From assembly GCA_964016885.1 (NCBI GenBank), contig OZ024741.1, positions 287,680,001-287,744,000 on the forward strand: a stretch of 64,000 nucleotides of DNA, written 5' to 3'. This DNA is from Eledone cirrhosa (taxonomy: Eukaryota). The notes beneath the pieces were generated by a model. That model searched no databases. It was not told the DNA's origin and saw only the letters and a list, made by a program, of their open reading frames with translations. The position numbers and the translations under genes are program-made. Below, piece after piece: positions 54,001-64,000 of the stretch (positions are counted from its first letter, which is position 1; each line of letters opens with the position of its first letter).

Positions 54001-56527
54001 TTAACATCTTCTTGTCATTCTCTCTAATGAAAGCCTATCTAAATACGATCTAGATGTCCCGCTACGGTTTGCCCACATCCACTGTGGTGCAGTCGGGAAA
54101 TCTAGTCGATATCTATCGGCCAGTTGAAATTAGCCGATTAGATGTTTGAGGCTGTTGCACCCCCTCTACTGGGACATGCCCCCACATAGTCCCATCATGC
54201 ATCTAGGATACCATTCCTGTCCCCCACTAACAGTAAGGAGCGAGACGTTCCCAGAAAAGACTCTAGACGCTTAAAGAAGTCTGGCCGTGATTGCGATTGC
54301 CCGGTCGGGGCATAAACGGCCACCAGTCTGAAGGCTCCACCTCCAATACTGTTCACGTCTAGGACTACCAGTCTACCCTCCGGGTCCCAGTGTACTTGCT
54401 GTCCAGGTTTTTCCGAAAAATGACAGCCACTCCCCCTCCACCTCCTGGCTGACAGAGAGATGCGTAGATCTCAAAGTCATTGAAAATGGGGGTTAGTTGC
54501 TGCCTGTTGTGGATCCTGGACTCGGTGATGGCTATCACATCCAGACCGTGTGAACTAAGGTCGTTTAAAAGTTGGCCCTGTTTCCAGGGCATCCCTAGGC
54601 CACGCACATTCACGCTTCCAACTCGTAAACTAGCCATGCTGGGGGAGAAGAGTTGGCGAAAAAGGACGAAAAGGTGCACTTACCTTTTCGTTTCCTGGAG
54701 ATCGGGTTGTTCAATCTCCATTTGGGTGCTGGAGGGGTGTTTGGTGGGGTGGGGAAATATTTTAACAGGACACGGTTGATGGGTTTCTGGCAGGGGTTGC
54801 CCACGTCCTGCGAAAATTTATTTTTCAAGTCATTATAGGTCTCCATAGAAACCCTTATAAGTTTAAGGTGTGGAGACGATTCTGATTTAACGAAAGTTTT
54901 GCACTCCGTCTCCACCTTGGGGTTTTGGGAGCTGACCTCCATCAAACTCTTGTTGTTTGTGTTGATGTATGCGTATTGTTGTTTGTGTTTTTGTTGTGTT
55001 GTTTTGCTGTTTGTTTTGGTGTGTTTGTTTGTTTCGTGTGTTGTTGTTGTTGTGGTAGTGGTTGTTTTGGTGTTGGTGTTGGTAACAGTGTTTTCTTTTA
55101 GATTGTTTTGGTTGAGCGTATTTGTAAAGGGCAGGAGGCCTTTAGGTGTGTGATGCTATTGCAACGAAAGCAATGTGATTTTCGTCCCTCAACCGAAATG
55201 CTTAGGTGGCTGTTGTTGTCCACCAGCACTTTTTCTGGTATTTTGGAAATTCTTTCCGGGCTCATTTGTACCAGAATCTCCAATTTTGTACCAGACCAGG
55301 TGTCTGGTTGACTTTTTGATGGAGAGAATGGTGTCTTTTCTCTCCTCTAAAAATCCTGCCAATATCCACCAAATATTAATATTTGGTGGTATGTTTGTAA
55401 TTCTGATTTTTTGTGTCCTTTTTCCCAGGTATGTGGGGAAAAGGTGTATTTTTGTGACAGTATTGGCGTCACTAAGTATCTTTGTGCAAGGGCCTCGCTT
55501 TTGAGGAGTACCGAAATACCCACCGTACTGTTAGGCCCTCTGCATAAAGTCAATGTTTACAATATCCCCTTCAAGGTTGCCTCAATTTCCTCTTGACTGA
55601 GGAATGCTGGTCGTTTTGTTTCATTTGAAACAGTTCTGAAGATAAATGTTTCCAGACGAATTTCTGGGGGTGAGTTTATCTGAAATCCACCGTTTTCACC
55701 GAAAGTGATAAACTTCTTTGCTTCAGAGAGCATCTGTCTTCGCATTGGAGATATCGAGATCTTTGAACTCTTGTTTCTTGATGACTGTTTGCGCAAAAGT
55801 TTTTTTGGTGTTGTTGTTATTGTTGTTGTTGTGGTTGTCGGTTTTTCCGTTTGTAGTTGTGTCAATGGTTTCATTTTCTGTTGTCTTTCTGTTGTTTTTT
55901 CTGTCTGTTGTACTATGTGTGATTCGATCTTGTTTTTATTTTTGTTGTCCATATTGGCTTCCATGGTGACGCCAATACATGCGGCGTTAGATGTAACGTT
56001 ATTATTATTTGTGATTGTTTCTGTAAAAGTTATTTTTTTGGTGTTGTTGTTGTTGTTGTGGTTGTGGTTGTGGTTGTCGGTTTTTCCGTTTGTAGTTGTG
56101 TCTATTGTTTCATTTTTTGTGGTTTTTGATGTCTGTTGTAAGCTGTGTGGTCCATCTTGTAAGTTGCATTTTTCGGCTTCTTGGCAAAACAAAAGTTTGT
56201 TGTCACTATTTGTCTCCATAGTGACGCCTATGTAGGCAGAAATTGCGGCAACGTTACTCTCAGCCTTTCTCTCTCTAATTTCTTCGTCAGCGTTCGGTAG
56301 CGTTGTTTCTACTAATCTAGCCATTATCGATAGCAAAAATATTAAATTTTTGGAAATTTTTTAAATAATTTTCCCGCCCCTGTGGGGAGAAAACTGAGAT
56401 TACCACCCAGCTGACAATTCAGCCTGGGTGTTAATCTATCAAAAAATATAAATTTTCACACAATAAATTCTGTTTTTGTATAGAAAAGTTTACAAAGACT
56501 TACCGACGATCTACCGCACGTCAAGTC
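51051..56527 (-). mobile_element. Near full-length Tx1 LINE, decayed; ORF1 ~56336-54610, ORF2 54637-51278
   Basis: ORF1 CFRCNSITHLKASC; ORF2 start MASLRVGSVNVRGL; APE, RT (KSPGLDGLP, DQSKAFDRVDH) and CCHC motifs; (GATA)n on both sides. Confidence 0.92.
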
Positions 56528-56539
56528 GATAGATAGATC

Positions 56540-58920
<2,381 letters not shown>

Positions 58921-58929
58921 TATAAATGG

Positions 58930-59235
58930 CTATGTTATCCAGAAACTTGAAAATGATGTTAACATCAATAGGAATGTAGCCTCACTTTGATTGGCGACTG
59001 ATATATCACATCACATTTCTTAGCTTATACTTTCGCAATCCAAGATCAAGAGATATCTATCAAACACCTGTTCAACACAAAAAATAGCAAAGTCCTTAAA
59101 ACCTCCAAAATATCGATTTTGTTACATTTTTGTTGAAAAACATAACAGATATTATCAGCAATTATCCAAAAATGTCAAGATATTAGCTTCGTATGCGACA
59201 TGACACTGTTGTTAAAGCAATATATAATGTCTAGG
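58930..59235 (+). mobile_element. Old R4/Dong-like fragment
   Basis: IQDQEISIKHL and RHDTVVKAIYN, collinear with 21430-21640. Confidence 0.6.
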
Positions 59236-59524
59236 TAAAAATATAAAAAGACGTAAGTCCGTCAATTGCCTTGACTTGAATGTAAATAAATCTACATCAA
59301 TCTAATGCAATCCACGAACTCAAACAAACTCATAAATAAACTTACATTCAACCCCACTCACCAGACTCATACCGTACAAGAAAGAGTAAAAATCAAAAAT
59401 GTACTTTAAAACCATACCCCAAATTTCCTGGCAAAACAAATACCAACTTGCACCAATTACTTATCAAGGGCGATAAACAACGTCAGGCTGCATTCGTCAT
59501 ATGACGTAGTTTCTATATTTCAAG

Positions 59525-59680
59525 GCGGAGAATTGGCAGAGTCCTTAGAACTTTGGATAGAATGATTTGGGTTATTCGTTTCGGCTCTCTGTTCTCTGAG
59601 TTCAAATCCCTCCGAGGTCAACTTTGTCTTTTATCCATTTAAGGTAGATAAAAAAGAATCAGTGTAGTACTGCGGTCGAT
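59525..59680 (+). mobile_element. Diverged tRNA-SINE
   Basis: GGCGGAGAATTGGCAGAGTC...CTGAGTTCAAATCCC..GAGGTCAACTTTG. Confidence 0.7.
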
Positions 59681-60392
59681 TCTTCCTCTATATCTTTTTT
59701 CTCCCTTCCATTCTCTCACTTTCTATTCTTATGCCCTAGAAACGACGTATGTCAATACGGTGACACTATGATTCTCTCAGGAGTTACGGGACTATGCATG
59801 CATGCTTAATATTTTGAATGTTGAATGTATTAATACATCCAGCATATAGAATATTGGTGAAACATTTCCGTAAAATCGCCTCCTAAATGGAACCAAGTTA
59901 AGCATACTATAGTTGATTTCAACAGAAAGCAAAAGCTGTATAGATAAGTATCTAGGCAGATGTAAACATTTCTTTCAAAATTAATGAAAAAGCGAACATT
60001 TAAGTTCAAGCTACAAATTCTTAATCTAGATTATAGATTTACATGTGCATACATAATCCACAAAACTCTACATGTTTAAAAAATAATCTTAAAATGACGG
60101 GATTTTAAAGTAAGGAAAGATAACATCGTACTTGTATTCAACATATATATATGTATGTGTGTGTGTGTATCTACGTATATGTATATGCATATATATATAT
60201 AGAGAGAGAGAGGGGGGGTAAAATCCCCACCGCGGCGCGAAGCTGTTTTGGCTTCTGTCACGCAAGCCGAAACCGCTTGGCGCCGCAGTAGGAATTTTAC
60301 CAATCTACCTATCTGTATACCCACTTTGCATTTCCCCATGCATTGAGTACTCCCATGATTAGTGGTCTCCCCGGTCTCAGCACTGCAGACTC

Positions 60393-60450
<58 letters not shown>

Positions 60451-60629
60451 CGCTCTACATGTGAATAGGCTTGCACAGAAGGAGTTCATTCTTTTTTTAA
60501 ATTGTATGTAGTCATGTGTACAGTTTACTATAATATCGTATTTTGAGCTGATATAACTTTTTCACCTACATCTTTTCAGTTTTTATATTTGAAAGCGAAT
60601 TTCTTTATATCTATATCTATATATATGTA

Positions 60630-60663
<34 letters not shown>

Positions 60664-60667
<4 letters not shown>

Positions 60668-61200
60668 GACAAACATAGAATATTCGAAAATATTCTGTAT
60701 GTTTATAATAAACATTTTGAAGACCCAATCGCTATAGAATAGAATACGTCACGTATTACAATTTGAGATTCTCGATAAAAGCAAGGGAAGTAATCTACGC
60801 GTTTCATTCTTATTAGAAATCATCAGGATTACATATCCAATGCTTTTATCGAGAACGACACAGCTAGAGACTTATAGAATACTTAGCTGTGTACAGGAAC
60901 TGGTTTGAAAGAGCGGTAGCCGGTCCGGCAGAAATTAGAATTTGGATTTAATGCTCTGAAATAGCGATATATATGTGAAGACAAACATAGAATATTCGAA
61001 AATATTCTGTATGTTTATAATAAACATTTTGAAGACCCAATCGCTATAGAATAGAATACGTCACGTATTACAATTTGAGATTCTCGATAAAAGCAAGGGA
61101 AGTAATCTACGCGTTTCATTCTTATTATAAACATACAGAATATTTTCGAATATTCTATGTTTGTCTTCACATATATATCGCTATTTCAGAGCATTAAATC

Positions 61201-61205
<5 letters not shown>
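60664..61205 (-). mobile_element. Hammerhead-bearing non-coding element: ~1.5 copies of a 312-bp unit plus a fold-back arm
   Basis: Direct repeat at 60664 and 60976; 61122-61205 is the reverse complement of ~60940-61023; (TA)n on both sides. Confidence 0.85.
60790..60832 (-). ncRNA. Minimal type-I hammerhead ribozyme
   Basis: GTAATC-CTGATGA-T-TTCT(AATA)AGAA-T-GAAA-CGCG-TA-GATTAC; perfect 6-bp stem I. Confidence 0.85.
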
Positions 61206-61256
<51 letters not shown>

Positions 61257-61257
<1 letters not shown>

Positions 61258-61591
61258 GGAAAAAATGAAACCAAATTTCATTTCTCACTCTTAGTACGGC
61301 TGTTACTTAAATATAAGTATGTATACGTACATACATATATGTATACAGACGTACAGTAGTATGTATATATATATACATACATGCACACATATATATATGT
61401 ACGTATGGATTCACCGAACATTTATTATAATGCTAGACACTGTACGGCTTAATTCGGGATGTTTGTTTACAAACACACCGAGCATTATAATAAATGTTCG
61501 GTGAATCCATACGTACATATATATATGTGTGCATGTATGTATATATATATACATACTACTGTACGTCTGTATACATATATGTATGTACGTT

Positions 61592-61598
<7 letters not shown>
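61257..61598. mobile_element. Fold-back copy of the 24292 family (does not reach the hammerhead)
   Basis: Left part matches 24297-24478; spacer 61435-61480 is the reverse complement of 24479-24522; right arm from 61481. Confidence 0.85.
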
Positions 61599-61669
<71 letters not shown>

Positions 61670-61694
61670 GTCCTGTATATATATATATATATAT

Positions 61695-62082
61695 ATATTT
61701 ATTAAAATAACAGATTAAAGTTTAAGCAAAGAATCGCTGCTTTCACCCTTAACGGGATCTTCTGAAACTAACAAAGTCAATCTGTAAACGCAGATGACGT
61801 ATTATTCGTTTTTTCCCGTTCTTTGCCAGCGAACGTTACCACGAACCAAAGTATCGTCTTCCTGTCTTCCTCCGGTTGCAACGTTTTTTGAAATATCCAG
61901 TTCTGCGTTTACAGATTGACTTTGTTAGTTTCAGAAGATCCCGTTAAGGGTGAAAACAGCGATTCTTTGCTTAAATTTAATCTGTTATTTTAATAAATAT
62001 TTGCTCTACGGTTCTTATATATTTGATATATATTTTCCTTATCGAGCCCTCTTTGGATTTTAGTCTTCAATTTTATTATTAT

Positions 62083-62086
<4 letters not shown>
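61695..62086. mobile_element. (TA)n-flanked fold-back element, arms 61695-61794 / 61902-62000, degenerate hammerhead-like core
   Basis: ~100-bp inverted repeat; CAGAAGA-T-CCC(GTTAA)GGG-T-GAAA at 61932-61955. Confidence 0.7.
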
Positions 62087-62156
<70 letters not shown>

Positions 62157-62159
<3 letters not shown>

Positions 62160-62648
62160 GAAGTTATAGTTCACTTGAAGCATTGTGTAATGAGGTATAA
62201 ACGTTTGTATTTGTAAAGCCAAAACAATGCAGAATAAAAAATGCAAATGCAAAAGATATTGTTGACAATTAGTCTTTTACCTTAAATTTATTTAAATATC
62301 CTTAATTTTCGAGATAATATCTCTTCTTCGGAGGGAAGTAAAGCGGTTAAACCAGTGTTCTAAATAGCTTGCCAAGTCATGCTGACAGGAAATGGTATAG
62401 AGAATCTGTTCTATCTCTAATGTCAAAGAGTGAAGGTTAGGTGGATAAAGAGTAGTCTTTCTTTAAAAGGGGTTTTGTACATGTATGTTTAAGTGTGTGG
62501 GAGAATACGTGAAGGTGTAAGTATGTGTGTGTGTGTGTGAGTGTGAGAAGATATGTCTATACGTGAATGTGGGGGATAGATGCTCTATCGTGTTAAAACT
62601 GGTCTTTGTGTGTGTATGTGTGTGTGAGAGAGAATAAGTGGAGGTGTA

Positions 62649-62688
<40 letters not shown>

Positions 62689-64000
62689 TGCGTGTGCGTG
62701 TGTGTGAGAAGGGGGGTGTAAGTATGGGGCTAGATGCTCTATCATAAATTGGGTGTTGAGTTCTAGTCTATTATTGATTGGTGGTTGTGTTGTGTCTACA
62801 ATCAGTGCTTCCTTAATTCTAAGATTGCCGAGGTTTCTTTCCTTAGTTTCTATCCTAACTGTTATGTTTTTGTCGGTGTTCTTGCATTTCACTAGGTGTT
62901 TCTTAAATGAGGAAGCATTAGTATTGAGGTGTTCTTTTATTCTTATGTGAAGTGGTCTGGTGGTGCTACCTGCGTAGAAGTTTCTGCATTTGTCGCACTC
63001 TAATCTGTATACGACGTAAGCCTGGTGGCATAGGTCTGTGTCGTTGATGGGGCAGTTGGCTAGCCTGCAGCGACTGTCATGTCTGGTGGAGTGTCTTTTG
63101 GTTAGCCGTCCGCGTAGAGAAGGTCCTGAGTGGGCTAGTTGGATATCTAGTCCTTCTCGTCTGATAGCTCTGCGGATGGTTGCTATTGTTTCCTCACTGA
63201 AGTGTGAGAGCTTCAGGGAGCAGGTGTTAGTGCCTCCGGTGTGGTGTCCTCTGTTCTTTCTGACACGGTTCGTGGTGGACGTCGGGTATCTGTTCAGTTT
63301 GAGTACTTCCAGAAAATGTGTGGTGTGTGTGTCTCGGTCTCTTGCGTCGGTGCATTTGTTCCAGATACGCGTAGTTCGTTCCTTATGTATCCGAACTTAG
63401 CGCCGGCTGGGAAGGCCGATCTGAAATGTACAAACAGGTCCCTGCTGGCGGCTTTTTTATAGAAGTAGGTGTGGATGTGACCTTACTCTGTTACCCTGAG
63501 TTGGAAGTCCAGTAGGGATAAGGATCCGCGGTCATCAGGGTGTTCCATGCTGAACTTTATACTGGCGTCCATGCTGGAGAATGTCGTGTATATTTTATCC
63601 GCCTCATGGGATGATGTAAGGATGAGTATGTCATCTACATATCGGGTGAAGAAGGTATGGGAATGGCAGGTGTTGAGGGCTCGGCATTCTAGCTGGTTCA
63701 TATAGGTGATGGCCAGCAGGCCCGATAGGCTGGATCCCATGGGTAATCCTGTTGTCTGTCTGTATGTGTAGTGGTGGAAGGTGAAATACGTGTTGTCCAC
63801 TGTGAAGGACAAAAGCTGGTGTATGTCCGTCGAATGGAGGCCGTAACAGTAAATGTCCTCTGCAACCACGCAGTCCGTCAATAAATCGACAGCTGGATGA
63901 GCGGGGACTGTAGTGTAGAGGGAGACAACGTCGAGGCTAAAGGCGTATTTATTTAGTTTGAGTTGTTCTGGTTGGAGTTGGTGTAATCTACGTATGACTT
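62157..64000 (-). mobile_element. Penelope-like element (RT + GIY-YIG), runs off the window; 3' end in (TA)n; minimal hammerhead at 62300-62334
   Basis: YRQTTGLPMGSSLS, RYVDDIL, LSLLDF; VVYRLECDKCRNFYAGSTTRPLHIRIKEH; IKEALIV..QPPINNR; CCT-CCGAAGA-A-GAGAT(ATT)ATCTC-GAAA-ATTA-AGG. Confidence 0.92.

Overview
Repeat-saturated, AT-rich animal genomic DNA. The SINE type, microsatellite load and TE mix look like octopus/cephalopod (inference). No host protein-coding exon could be supported; most of the ORF track is microsatellite noise. Recognisable content: a decayed autonomous-type Helitron (3006-8829) and a non-autonomous Helitron (41308-43826); RTE LINEs and internally deleted RTE derivatives; an R4/Dong-type LINE; two stacks of Tx1 LINEs joined by (GATA)n; a mariner fossil; a tandem tRNA-SINE array; and Penelope-like elements (PLEs). 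The main signal is not in the ORF track. About 17 type-I hammerhead ribozyme motifs, folded by eye and from roughly ten dissimilar sequence families, lie mostly in short non-coding elements embedded in (TA)n. These occur as >1-unit direct repeats (312, 424 and 692 bp units) or as long fold-back palindromes with one ribozyme on each strand. This looks like a (TA)n-associated PLE/retrozyme-like system. Ribozyme activity, circular RNAs and novelty are untested.
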